A model generated the notes under the pieces. The model ran no database searches. It saw nothing but the letters and a program-made list of their open reading frames with translations, and had not been told where the DNA came from. Below are positions 46,588 through 56,220 of a stretch of 62,064 bases of DNA, in pieces. Location of the stretch: IMG/VR virus record IMGVR_UViG_3300030060_002483, positions 1 through 62,064 of that record. One strand, written 5' to 3'. The position numbers and the translations under genes were made by a program. The stretch's first letter is position 1; every line of letters starts with the position of its first letter. Source of the stretch: a virus (taxonomy: Duplodnaviria > Caudoviricetes).

Positions 46588-46859
46588 TGGCTAAATATCA
46601 AGGTAAAACAGTAACATTAAATAAACCTAGAGCCTTACGTAAAGGTGAGCCAGGATACGGTAAAAAACGTAAAGTAGTTTTTGTAGGTAAGTGTAGCAGT
46701 GACGGTAACCGAATTAAACGTATAACTTTTGGTGACGCTAAACTAGGCATGCACAAAAATAATAAAGCTAGAAAAAAATCATACTGTGCACGTAGTGGCG
46801 GTATAAAAAGCGATAGATGTAGTGCTAACTACTGGGCACGTAGAGACTGGAACTGTTAA
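46587..46859 (+). CDS. Small basic protein (RKSYCARS...ANYW family)
   Basis: ITFGD..., RKKSYCARS, SANYWAR..WNC. Confidence 0.65.
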   Translation: MAKYQGKTVTLNKPRALRKGEPGYGKKRKVVFVGKCSSDGNRIKRITFGDAKLGMHKNNKARKKSYCARSGGIKSDRCSANYWARRDWNC

Positions 46860-47225
46860 TTGAATACAACTTATTACTACAACTGCACATTAGTTAGAGT
46901 TATAGACGGAGATACTATAGACGTAGATATTGATCTAGGGTTTAGTACTACGTTAACTAAACAACGTGTAAGGTTAGCTGGTATTGATACTCCAGAAAGT
47001 AGAACACGTAACTTAGCAGAAAAAGCTTTAGGGTTAAAAGCTAAAGAACGTTTAATAGAACTGTGTGGTACTAAACTACAACTTAAATCTTTAGGTAAAG
47101 GTAAGTACGGTAGAATACTAGGCATACCTCATACCGTTGATGGCGATGATATTTGTCAGATACTAATAAAAGAAGGTCACGCAGTAGAGTATCATGGCGG
47201 AAGTAAAACTAAAGTTTGGGCATAA
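46860..47225 (+). CDS. Thermonuclease (SNase-like)
   Basis: RVIDGDTIDVDIDLGF, RLAGIDTPE, GKYGRILG. Confidence 0.9.
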   Translation: MNTTYYYNCTLVRVIDGDTIDVDIDLGFSTTLTKQRVRLAGIDTPESRTRNLAEKALGLKAKERLIELCGTKLQLKSLGKGKYGRILGIPHTVDGDDICQILIKEGHAVEYHGGSKTKVWA

Positions 47226-47398
47226 TGGATAAATTATTAAAGTTATTAGAAGAGCGTCAAGAACAATTAAAAGATTCTTTAGCTAGTGGTGGTATACAAA
47301 ATTTTGAAAGTTATCAAAAAGTCGTAGGCGAATTAACAGGTCTGTCGTTTGCGATACATACTATAAGAGACCTGCACAAGGAAAACGATTATGACTAA
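47225..47398 (+). CDS. Conserved small head-module protein
   Basis: LASGG...Y...VGELTGL; upstream of the GroES-like gene. Confidence 0.6.
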   Translation: MDKLLKLLEERQEQLKDSLASGGIQNFESYQKVVGELTGLSFAIHTIRDLHKENDYD

Positions 47399-47861
47399 AG
47401 AAGTCGCAAGTTTTGGTAAAGGCGGTGAGCCTATACCTAATAGAGTAGAAAGGTTTACCGAACCTTTAGAAGCTAAAATAGAAGAAGAAACCTTCACCCC
47501 TGAAGATATTCACGATAATGAGGAGATGTTTAAAAAACTCCCTAAACCAACAGGTTATAGAATGCTAATCCTACCTTTTAGCCGTTTAGCTAAAACTAAG
47601 GGTGGTATTTATTTAGCAAACGAAACATTAGAAAGAGAACGTATTTCTACTAATGTTGGGTTTGTGGTGTCACTTGGTCCTGACGCTTATAAAGATACTA
47701 ATAAGTTCCCTGAGGGAGCTTGGTGTAAAGAAAGGGACTGGGTGATATTTGGCAGGTACGCAGGAGCTAGAATCAAAATTGATGGTGGTGATCTGCGTTT
47801 ATTAAACGATGATGAAGTATTAGCTGTTATAGATAATCCTGAGGATATTGAATCAGCTTAA
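47391..47861 (+). CDS. GroES-like co-chaperonin
   Basis: PTGYRMLILP, TKGGIYL, VIFGRYAG, LLNDDEVLAVI. Confidence 0.88.
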   Translation: MTKEVASFGKGGEPIPNRVERFTEPLEAKIEEETFTPEDIHDNEEMFKKLPKPTGYRMLILPFSRLAKTKGGIYLANETLERERISTNVGFVVSLGPDAYKDTNKFPEGAWCKERDWVIFGRYAGARIKIDGGDLRLLNDDEVLAVIDNPEDIESA

Positions 47862-47890
47862 TATAAATCACGCACTTTAAGGAGATAATC

Positions 47891-48808
47891 ATGGCAGAAG
47901 AAGCTATGCAACAAGAGAATGAAGCTGTGGAAGTTGATTTAGAACCGCAAGAGACTGAAGAAACTGAAGAGCAGTTAGAAGTAGAACAAGTACAAGAAGA
48001 AACAAATAACCAAGAAACAGAAGAAAAAGAACACAGCGAAGAGGTTGATGACTATAGTGAAGGCGTTAAAAAACGTATAAATAAACTCACTTATAAAGTT
48101 AAAGAAGCTGAGAGAAGGGAAAGTGCAGCACTACAGTACGCTAAAAGCATACAAGAAGAACTGAACAAAACTAAAAATACGCTTTCAAAAACAGATAAAA
48201 ACCTTTATGATGAATACAAGGCTAGAGTAGATACTCAGTTGCAAGCTGCAAGGTCTGACTATAAAAAGGCATACGAGCAGGGTGATACAGAAGCAATGCT
48301 TGAAGCACAAGAAGCAGTCGCTAAATATGCAGTTGAAGCAGAGTCTCTTACTAGAGTCAACGCTCAAAGAGGTGCCGAAACAGAGCAGTCGGAAGTTGAG
48401 CAACCTGTGCAGGAACAAGCACAAACTTGGGAGAACACAGATTACAACATACAACCCGACCCTAAAGCACAAGAGTGGGCAAGTCGTAACGAATGGTTTG
48501 GTAACGACTTAGCTATGACCACTTCTGCTTTTGCTTTTCACAGGCAACTAGTTGAGAATGAAGGCTACGATCCTACTTCTGATGAATATTACTCAGAAGT
48601 GGATAAAAGATTAAAAGAGGCTTTCCCTCATAAATTTAATGAGAATAAGCCTCAGGGTAACGTGAACGAAGTTGTAGCAGGTTCAAGCAGAGGTGCTAAT
48701 ACCACTAGAGCTAAGACACGTAAAAAAGTTAAACTCACACCGAGTCAAGTAGCAATAGCTAAAAGATTAGGTGTGCCACTAGAAGAATATGCTAAGCATG
48801 TTAAATAA
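47891..48808 (+). CDS. Capsid scaffolding protein
   Basis: Acidic coiled coil; C-terminal VKLTPSQVAIAKRLGVPLEEYAK; upstream of the capsid gene. Confidence 0.75.
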   Translation: MAEEAMQQENEAVEVDLEPQETEETEEQLEVEQVQEETNNQETEEKEHSEEVDDYSEGVKKRINKLTYKVKEAERRESAALQYAKSIQEELNKTKNTLSKTDKNLYDEYKARVDTQLQAARSDYKKAYEQGDTEAMLEAQEAVAKYAVEAESLTRVNAQRGAETEQSEVEQPVQEQAQTWENTDYNIQPDPKAQEWASRNEWFGNDLAMTTSAFAFHRQLVENEGYDPTSDEYYSEVDKRLKEAFPHKFNENKPQGNVNEVVAGSSRGANTTRAKTRKKVKLTPSQVAIAKRLGVPLEEYAKHVK

Positions 48809-48819
48809 GGGAGAATAAA

Positions 48820-49308
48820 ATGGTAGAAGAAAATAAAACTACTCAAACAGATCGAACTCCTAGATCTGCATCTACTCGAGAAAATAAAGCTCGTAGAAAA
48901 CCATGGAGTCCACCGTCATTATTAGACGCACCTAATCCACCAGAGGGCTATGTATACAGATGGATACGAGAATCTATGGTAGGACAGCACGACCCAGCGA
49001 ATATGTCAAAACGTATTCGTGAAGGATGGGAACCAGTGAGAGCTGAGGAACATCCAGAGTTTGAAGCACCTACTATTGATGATGGTAAACACGCTGGAGT
49101 CATAGGAGTTGGTGGCTTGTTACTCGCTAAGATGCCCATGGAAACTGTACAGGAAAGGAGAGAATATTATGCTAATTTGGCTAATTCTCAAATGGAAGCA
49201 GTAGACAACAACTTAATGCGAGAAAGTAACTCAAGTATGCCTATTAGTAAACCTAATAGACAAACTCAGGTTACATTTGGAAAAGGTAGTGGGTTTAGTG
49301 AAGGCTAA
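48820..49308 (+). CDS. Conserved head-module protein
   Basis: GYVYRWIR...REGWEPV...GGLLLAKMP. Confidence 0.65.
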   Translation: MVEENKTTQTDRTPRSASTRENKARRKPWSPPSLLDAPNPPEGYVYRWIRESMVGQHDPANMSKRIREGWEPVRAEEHPEFEAPTIDDGKHAGVIGVGGLLLAKMPMETVQERREYYANLANSQMEAVDNNLMRESNSSMPISKPNRQTQVTFGKGSGFSEG

Positions 49309-49347
49309 CCTACTGTATATAAACTTATAAATAAATGGTGATTTATT

Positions 49348-49887
49348 ATGGCTAATGTCAATGATCCAAATGGTTTTACACCAGCGTATCATATGTCAGG
49401 CGGTACTATTCGCCCTAGTGAGTTTGCTATCCAAAGTGGAGCTACAGGTGATATTTTTGCAGGAGATGTAGTGAAACTAGCTAGTGGATACGTATTACAA
49501 GCTGGAGCAACAGACGCACCGCTAGGCGTATTTTATGGTGTAGAATACACAGCTACTGATGGCGAAATCGTTTTCTCAAGAAAATGGCCATCAACAACAG
49601 CTACTCTAGGTTCTGCAGATGCTAAAGCATACGTATATGCTGATCCTGATATCGTTTATGAGGCACAGTACACAGGTACTCCAACTCAAGCCGATGTCGG
49701 TAAAGTACATACTATCTCTACAACCGCAGGTGATACTAACAACAACCGTTCAAAAGAAGGTGTGACTACAACTACTAATAGTGGTATTGCTAAACAAGTT
49801 GCTTTCGTCGACAGACCAGACAACTCAATAGGACAATACGCTAGAGGTTTATTTGTATTCCCAGCTTCTGTATTCGGTAACGACTAA
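49348..49887 (+). CDS. Putative capsid decoration/cement protein
   Basis: MANVNDPNGF...; beta-rich; immediately before the major capsid gene. Confidence 0.6.
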   Translation: MANVNDPNGFTPAYHMSGGTIRPSEFAIQSGATGDIFAGDVVKLASGYVLQAGATDAPLGVFYGVEYTATDGEIVFSRKWPSTTATLGSADAKAYVYADPDIVYEAQYTGTPTQADVGKVHTISTTAGDTNNNRSKEGVTTTTNSGIAKQVAFVDRPDNSIGQYARGLFVFPASVFGND

Positions 49888-49899
49888 AAGGTGATATAG

Positions 49900-50808
49900 A
49901 TGGCAATTAATAGAGCTCAATTAGTAAAAGAACTCGAACCAGGACTTAATGCACTTTTTGGTCTTGAGTACGACAGATACGAAAACGAACATGCTGAAAT
50001 TTTTGATACAGAAAATTCAGATAGAGCGTTTGAAGAAGAAGTTATGTTATCAGGATTCGCACAAGCACCAGTAAAAGGTGAGGGTGCAGCAGTATCTTAT
50101 GACACAGCTCAAGAAACTTTTACTGCAAGATACAGTCACGAAACTGTCGCTTTAGCGTTTGCGTTAACTGAAGAAGCTATTGAAGATAATCTTTATGATA
50201 GTCTTTCTTCAAGATACACAAGAGCTTTAGCACGTTCAATGGCTAGTACTAAGCAAGTAAAAGCAGCAAATGTACTTAACAATGGTTTCTCAACCTCTTT
50301 TCCAGGAGGAGACGGTAAACCTCTCATGACTACTGACCACCCTACTTTATCAGCAGGCGATCAGTCAAATGAGCCAAGTACAGCAGCAGACTTGAATGAA
50401 ACTTCATTAGAAAATGCTTTAATTGATATCTCAGCGTTTAAAGACGAAAGAGGTATTAAAATAAATGTGCAAGCAAGAAAGTTAATTATTCCACCAGCTC
50501 TACAGTTTGTAGCTGAGAGAATTTTACAATCTCCAGGAAGAGTTAACACTTCTGATAATGACATCAACGCAATGAAAAACATGGGTATGTTCCCAGAAGG
50601 TTACGTTGTAAACCATTATCTCACAGACAGTGATGCATTCTTCATCAAAACAGATGCACCTAACGGACTTAAACATTTCGTTAGATCTCCTATGTCAACA
50701 GGCATGGAAGGAGACTTTGAAACTGGAAATGTGCGATACAAAGCTAGAGAAAGATATTCTTTCGGATTTAGTGATTGGAGAGGCATTTACGGTTCACCAG
50801 GAGCGTAA
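49900..50808 (+). CDS. Major capsid protein
   Basis: MAINRAQLVKELEPGLNALFGLEY...RYKARERYSFG.SDWRGIYGS; followed by a strong terminator. Confidence 0.9.
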   Translation: MAINRAQLVKELEPGLNALFGLEYDRYENEHAEIFDTENSDRAFEEEVMLSGFAQAPVKGEGAAVSYDTAQETFTARYSHETVALAFALTEEAIEDNLYDSLSSRYTRALARSMASTKQVKAANVLNNGFSTSFPGGDGKPLMTTDHPTLSAGDQSNEPSTAADLNETSLENALIDISAFKDERGIKINVQARKLIIPPALQFVAERILQSPGRVNTSDNDINAMKNMGMFPEGYVVNHYLTDSDAFFIKTDAPNGLKHFVRSPMSTGMEGDFETGNVRYKARERYSFGFSDWRGIYGSPGA

Positions 50809-50846
50809 AGGTTTTGGGGTGAGCGTTTTTAATTAAACGTTAAGTT

Positions 50847-50872
50847 AGGGAGCTTCGGCTCCCTTTCTTTTT
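50847..50872 (+). terminator. Intrinsic terminator with UUCG loop
   Basis: AGGGAGC-TTCG-GCTCCCT followed by TTCTTTTT. Confidence 0.88.
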
Positions 50873-50971
50873 GAAAATAATTAAGTTAGAATTAAATTCT
50901 AGGAATAATAATAATCTATCGACTGACCTAGCAGACAAGCCAAGACGATAGATAAATTAAGGAGACTTAAT

Positions 50972-51478
50972 ATGGCAAGATCGACATTTTCAGGACCAGT
51001 TAAATCTTTAGCTGGTTTTATTTCAGCAGGTAATGCTAACGTAGTTAGTTTAACTGCAGACACATCTTTAACAGTAGACGCACACGCAGGTAAGGTTCTT
51101 ACTTGTAATGACGCTGACGGTAAGTTTACTTTACCTAGTATAGTAGCTACTGCTCCTGGCAGAGATGATGATCCTAATCAGTTAAATAATTTAGGTGCTA
51201 CTTTTACTTTTGTTATAGAAACTGCAGCTACAGACTTAGATATTAAAACTGACGGAACCGATAAGTTCGTAGGTGGTTTATATTTAGGTAAAAGTGACGC
51301 AGCAGGTAAAACTTTTATTTCAGGTGCTAGTAATGACGTTATTACGTTAAACGGTACTACTAAAGGTGGTATAGCTGGAACTATTATTAAAGTAACCGCT
51401 ATCGGCTCAGCAAAATATGCAGTAGAAGGTATAGTACTAGCTTCTGGTACTGTGGTTACTCCATTCGCAGACGCGTAA
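50972..51478 (+). CDS. Putative virion structural protein
   Basis: MARSTFSGPVKS N-terminus; AGGAG RBS. Confidence 0.6.
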   Translation: MARSTFSGPVKSLAGFISAGNANVVSLTADTSLTVDAHAGKVLTCNDADGKFTLPSIVATAPGRDDDPNQLNNLGATFTFVIETAATDLDIKTDGTDKFVGGLYLGKSDAAGKTFISGASNDVITLNGTTKGGIAGTIIKVTAIGSAKYAVEGIVLASGTVVTPFADA

Positions 51479-51490
51479 GAGAGGTAAACT

Positions 51491-51898
51491 ATGGCTGATG
51501 CAGTAACATCAACAACCATCATAGATGATGACAGAAAAGCTGTTATACAGTTAACTAACACATCAGACGGTACGGGAGAGTCAGCTGTAACTAAAGTAGA
51601 CGTAAGTGCTCTAGCTGTAAGAAGTACAGACGGAGCTACTTGCACAGGATGTAAACTAAGTAAAATATGTTATTCTACTTTTGGTATGAGCGTTAAACTT
51701 TTATGGAACGCTTCTACTAATACTATATGTTGGGACTTAAATTCAGATTATAGTGATGATCTAGATTTTAGTGCTTTCGGTGGTTTACAAAACACAGCTG
51801 CAGCTAGTGGTAAAACAGGTGATATAAAACTCACAACCACAGGTCATTCTAGTGGAGACTCTTACGTTATAGTGTTAACGGTTGTAAAAGAGTATTAA
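51491..51898 (+). CDS. Putative virion structural protein
   Basis: ORF in the late operon; TGDIKLTT motif. Confidence 0.6.
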   Translation: MADAVTSTTIIDDDRKAVIQLTNTSDGTGESAVTKVDVSALAVRSTDGATCTGCKLSKICYSTFGMSVKLLWNASTNTICWDLNSDYSDDLDFSAFGGLQNTAAASGKTGDIKLTTTGHSSGDSYVIVLTVVKEY

Positions 51899-51904
51899 TA
51901 CTAA

Positions 51905-52582
51905 ATGGCTACATCTGGAACTAAAACATTTGCCTTAACGGTAGCAGACGCTATAGAAGAGGCTTTTGAATTAGCGGGTATTGAATTAAGGACTGGATAC
52001 GACGCAGAAACAGCTAGAAGATCATTGAACATAATGTTCGCTGATTGGTCTAACAGAGGCGTCAACATCTGGACTATAGCTGAGGTAACTACTGATCTAA
52101 CAGCAGGAACCTCAAGCTATACCCTTAATTCTTATGATTTAGATATATTGAGTGCTGTTATAAGACAGGTTGATTCATCTAACAATAATACTGATTTACA
52201 ACTAGAGCGTATAGGCAGGAGCGAGTATTTAAACATACCTAACAAAAGCTCTACTGGTAGACCCACTCAAATATTTGTAGACAGACAAAAAACACCAGTG
52301 GTAAAGCTGTGGCCAACACCAGATTCAGCGTATACATATAAGTTAGTTTCTAACAGACTACAACGTATAGACGATATTAGTGCTTCTGCTGAAGACCCAG
52401 ATATACCCTCAAGGTTTATACCTTGTTTAACTAGTGGATTAGCTTATTACATAGCTATGAAAAAGAATCCAGAAAGGGTAAATTTATTAAAACAACAATA
52501 TGAACAAGATTTTAGACTAGCAGCAGAAGAAGACCAACCTAGAGTTTCAATGCGGTTAGTTCCTAGTAGGAGTAGTTATTAA
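51905..52582 (+). CDS. Head-tail adaptor / tail tubular A-like protein
   Basis: MATSGT...IEEAFE...ARRSLN...LWPTPD...GLAYY. Confidence 0.7.
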   Translation: MATSGTKTFALTVADAIEEAFELAGIELRTGYDAETARRSLNIMFADWSNRGVNIWTIAEVTTDLTAGTSSYTLNSYDLDILSAVIRQVDSSNNNTDLQLERIGRSEYLNIPNKSSTGRPTQIFVDRQKTPVVKLWPTPDSAYTYKLVSNRLQRIDDISASAEDPDIPSRFIPCLTSGLAYYIAMKKNPERVNLLKQQYEQDFRLAAEEDQPRVSMRLVPSRSSY

Positions 52583-52761
52583 TGCCAAGAAAAGGTTTAT
52601 GGGCTAACATACATGCTAAACGTAAAAGAATAAAAGCAGGTTCAGGTGAAAAAATGCGTAAAAAAGGTGCTAAAGGTGCACCAACTTCTGCTCAAATGAG
52701 GGCTGCCAAAAAAGGCTCTAAAAAAGTAACGAGAAGAAGACGTGTCAAAAAGAAAAGGTAA
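52582..52761 (+). CDS. 59-aa Lys/Arg-rich protein (not in the ORF track)
   Basis: MPRKGLWANIHAKRKRIKAGSGEKMRKKGAKGAPT... Confidence 0.65.
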   Translation: MPRKGLWANIHAKRKRIKAGSGEKMRKKGAKGAPTSAQMRAAKKGSKKVTRRRRVKKKR

Positions 52762-53044
52762 AAAGAAAGATCCTAAGGTAGGGACAGGTAAAAAACCTAA
52801 AGGATCAGGTAGGAGGTTATACACAGATGAAAATCCTAAAGATACTGTCAAAATTAAATATGCGACTCCAGAAGACGCTAAAAAAACTGTGGCAAAAGTT
52901 AAAAAAAGCGGTAAGTCATTTGCTAGAAAAATTCAAATCTTAACAGTTTTAGAGCAACGTGCTAGGTTTGCTGGTAAGCCTAGACAAGCAGGGATCGCTA
53001 GAAAAGGTAAAGAAGCTATACGTAAAGCTAGAGGTAAAAAATAA
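52742..53044 (+). CDS. Small basic protein
   Basis: GTGKKPKGSGRRLYTDENPKDTV motif. Confidence 0.65.
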   Translation: MSKRKGKKKDPKVGTGKKPKGSGRRLYTDENPKDTVKIKYATPEDAKKTVAKVKKSGKSFARKIQILTVLEQRARFAGKPRQAGIARKGKEAIRKARGKK

Positions 53045-53403
53045 TGGCATATGCTGCTGGTAAAAAATCAAAAGCTAGGTGTGATAGATGTGGTTTTGTT
53101 TATAGATACTTAGAATTAAAAACAGAGTGGAATGGTTTGAAAACTTGCCCAGAATGTTTTGAACCTAAACACCCACAATTAGAACCAGAAATACAACCAG
53201 TAGATCCAGAGGCATTGAGACAACCTAGACCTACAGAGCAACCACCTACTACAGGTTACGGTATAGTAAAAACAGAAAACACTAAAGATGTAAACGGTGT
53301 TACTGGTTTATCTATGAATATAAACCATAACGACCCTATAGGTTCTAGTTTTGATCTTCAAACTTTAGAGACTAGTCTAGGTGACGTAACTATAGTAACA
53401 TAA
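53044..53403 (+). CDS. Zinc-ribbon protein
   Basis: CDRCGF...CPECFEPKHPQL. Confidence 0.65.
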   Translation: MAYAAGKKSKARCDRCGFVYRYLELKTEWNGLKTCPECFEPKHPQLEPEIQPVDPEALRQPRPTEQPPTTGYGIVKTENTKDVNGVTGLSMNINHNDPIGSSFDLQTLETSLGDVTIVT

Positions 53404-53407
53404 TAAC

Positions 53408-54055
53408 ATGAGTTGGACTTTAACATCATTAAAAACAGCTATACAAGATTACGCTGAAAGTAGTGAAAGTAGTTTTGTTACACATTTACCTGACTTCATA
53501 AAAAGTACTGAAGAGCGTATTTTAAAAAACGTTCAGCTAGACGTATTTAGAAAAAATGTAACAGGTTCAGGTACGGCTAGTAATACCTACTTATCAATGC
53601 CTACTGATTTTTTAGCACCTTTTAGTTTAGCTGTTATTGATAGTAGTAATAAATATCACTACTTAAAATTAAAACATGTTTCTTTTATAAGAGACTTTAC
53701 GCCTACGGCTAGTACAACTGATCAGCCTAAATATTACGCTGAGTTTGATGAAAGTACTTTTATACTAGCACCTACGCCTAATAGTAATTTTAACTTTGAA
53801 CTACACTATTACTATAGACCAACTTCTTTAACCGCTACCGCTACAGGTACAACATGGTTATCCACTAACGCAACTAACGCATTACTATACGGTAGTTTAG
53901 TAGAGGCTAATAATTATTTAAAAGCTTTTGAAACTACACAAGTATACGAGGCTAGGTTTCAAGAAGCGTTAACATCATTAAAAAATCTGGGTGAAGCTAA
54001 ATCAACCAGAGATCAACAACGTTATGACGAAATAAGGAGATCACCCCAATCATGA
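53408..54055 (+). CDS. Second head-tail adaptor-like protein
   Basis: LKTAIQDY...FI...EERI...APTP...YY.P...LLYGSLVEA. Confidence 0.7.
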   Translation: MSWTLTSLKTAIQDYAESSESSFVTHLPDFIKSTEERILKNVQLDVFRKNVTGSGTASNTYLSMPTDFLAPFSLAVIDSSNKYHYLKLKHVSFIRDFTPTASTTDQPKYYAEFDESTFILAPTPNSNFNFELHYYYRPTSLTATATGTTWLSTNATNALLYGSLVEANNYLKAFETTQVYEARFQEALTSLKNLGEAKSTRDQQRYDEIRRSPQS

Positions 54056-54786
54056 TCATAAAAGAATTAGAGGGCAAGAATATTGCCATAGTAGCTATGG
54101 GAGAAAGTCAGCTAGACTTTCACCTTAGTTTAGTACACTCAAATACCTACGATGAAGTGTGGGCTATAAACTGTATGGGAGCAGTGGTAAACTGTGATAG
54201 AGTTTTTATGTTAGACCCTGCTAGTAGGTTTTTTGATACAGAGGACGCAGGTACGCAAACAGGTATTATGCGTAGATGGTTACCTAATACTAAAGTTCCT
54301 ATCTATACATGTGAGTTAGACGATAGAGCACCTTCTTTAGTTTTATACCCTTTAGAAGAAGTAGCACAGTATGGTGATTGTGCTTATTTGAATAATACTG
54401 TTGCTTTTGCTATAGCATACGCTATGTATCAAAAAGTAGGAGCTATTAATTTATTCGGTATAGATTTTAGTTATAAAGGTAATGTACACTTTGCTGAAGC
54501 AGGTAAGGCATGTTGTGAGTTCTGGTTAGCTAAGTGTATTGAAAAAGGTATAGATTTAAAAATAGCACCTCGATCTGGTTTACTAGACACTAACACACCT
54601 GTAAATGAAAAACTATATGGGTACCATAGATTAAACGACCCTGACATATTAGTTTTAGATGACGAGGGTAGATATAGAAAAGTTAAACTTTCTTGGTATG
54701 AAAAGAAAATGATGGATGAGCAATTAAAAAATATCACAGAAGTTAGAACTGTTCTAGATGGACCACCTGAGGCTACGAGGTACTAA
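54052..54786 (+). CDS. Rossmann-like transferase (DUF115/glycosyltransferase-like)
   Basis: IAIVAMGES, VWAIN, NTVAFAIAYA, LFGIDF. Confidence 0.55.
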   Translation: MIIKELEGKNIAIVAMGESQLDFHLSLVHSNTYDEVWAINCMGAVVNCDRVFMLDPASRFFDTEDAGTQTGIMRRWLPNTKVPIYTCELDDRAPSLVLYPLEEVAQYGDCAYLNNTVAFAIAYAMYQKVGAINLFGIDFSYKGNVHFAEAGKACCEFWLAKCIEKGIDLKIAPRSGLLDTNTPVNEKLYGYHRLNDPDILVLDDEGRYRKVKLSWYEKKMMDEQLKNITEVRTVLDGPPEATRY

Positions 54787-55076
54787 TGTTAGATAATTCA
54801 GAAAGCGGTTTAGGTTTAATAACAGTAGCTACAGAAAACAATAAAGGTCACTCACCTGAGTATTGGGCAGAAAGAGCTACAGAAAGAATATGCGGTATAT
54901 CAGAAAACGCAGCACCGCACATAAGACAACAGGCGGAGGCTTATAAACTTTCTATTTATGAAACAATACTATATCATATTAAACAGGCGATTAACAGTGA
55001 ACGTTGTACTATGAAGAATCTGTTAGTCAAACAAGGAGATAAAGATTTAGCTAATATTTTACAGGAGCTTAAATAA
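54786..55076 (+). CDS. Hypothetical protein
   Basis: Coupled ORF. Confidence 0.6.
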   Translation: MLDNSESGLGLITVATENNKGHSPEYWAERATERICGISENAAPHIRQQAEAYKLSIYETILYHIKQAINSERCTMKNLLVKQGDKDLANILQELK

Positions 55077-55505
55077 ATGGCGATATCATCAACATTAGTA
55101 ACCAGTTTTAAAAAAGAACTATTAACAGCTACTCATAATTTTACTGCTAGTTCAGGTCATACTTTTAAATTAGCGTTATACACCAGCTCGGCTACACTAG
55201 GAGCTACCACAACAGCTTTTACTACCACAGGTCAAGCAAGTGGAACAAATTACACTTCAGGCGGTGCTAATTTAACAGCAGTAACACCTACTTCAAGCGG
55301 TACTACAGGTTTTACAGACTTTGCTGATTTAACTTTCGGTACAGCTACGGTAACTGCTAGGGGTTGTTTAATATACAACAGCTCTCAGAGTAATAAAGCA
55401 GTAGCTTCAATCGACTTTGGTGGAGATAAAACTTCAACAGCTGGTGATTTTACTATACAGTTTCCCGCAGCAGCAGCAAGCACAGCTATTATACGTATAG
55501 CGTAA
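55077..55505 (+). CDS. Putative tail-associated structural protein
   Basis: SFKKELL...FKLALYT...DFGGDKTSTAGDFTIQFP. Confidence 0.65.
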   Translation: MAISSTLVTSFKKELLTATHNFTASSGHTFKLALYTSSATLGATTTAFTTTGQASGTNYTSGGANLTAVTPTSSGTTGFTDFADLTFGTATVTARGCLIYNSSQSNKAVASIDFGGDKTSTAGDFTIQFPAAAASTAIIRIA

Positions 55506-55508
55506 GTT

Positions 55509-56213
55509 ATGGCTAACATAACTGGCTGGGGTAGAGGTACTTGGGGACAAGGTGCTTGGGATGAACCCATACCAGTTGTACTTACTGGATTAGCAGGTGC
55601 TTCAGCCTTAGGTTCTATAACTGTATCAGCCAACGCTGACGTAACAGTTTCAGGTTTAAATTCAACTTCAGCTTTAGGTAGTGTTACTACCGATTGTGAA
55701 GCTAACGTAATACCTAGCGGACAAGTAGGAACTAGTGCTTTAGGAACTATAATAGCTAAAGGTACAGCTAATGTAGGGTGCCCAGCAGTTTCCGCCACTT
55801 TAGGTAACGTTTCAGTTACTATTTCAGGTGATTGTAGTGTAATACTTACTACAGGTTTATCTAGTACATCATCACTAGGCACTATAACAACTAAAGCTAA
55901 CGCAGATATATCAGTAACTTTAGGTGCTATAACCTCAGGGTTGGGTTCGCTTACTCTAATTTGCGATAACAATATAACACTCACAGGTTTAGCAGGAGTT
56001 TCTTCTCTTGGAGAAATAGGTATAATTGGTAAGAGTGTTGTTATTCCTAACGGATTAGAAATAACAGCAGGGTCACCAAACGTAACGGTTTGGGGTAAAA
56101 TTGACGATAGTCAAACTCCTAATTGGAGTTCTGTTAACGACAGTCAAACTTCTACTTGGAGTTCTGTTGATGACAGTCAAACTCCTGATTGGGAGAAAAT
56201 AGAAGCAGCATAG
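55509..56213 (+). CDS. Putative tail-associated protein with repeats
   Basis: WGRGTWGQGAW; repeated SALG.V.V units; three DSQT..W repeats. Confidence 0.6.
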   Translation: MANITGWGRGTWGQGAWDEPIPVVLTGLAGASALGSITVSANADVTVSGLNSTSALGSVTTDCEANVIPSGQVGTSALGTIIAKGTANVGCPAVSATLGNVSVTISGDCSVILTTGLSSTSSLGTITTKANADISVTLGAITSGLGSLTLICDNNITLTGLAGVSSLGEIGIIGKSVVIPNGLEITAGSPNVTVWGKIDDSQTPNWSSVNDSQTSTWSSVDDSQTPDWEKIEAA

Positions 56214-56220
56214 GTGATTT

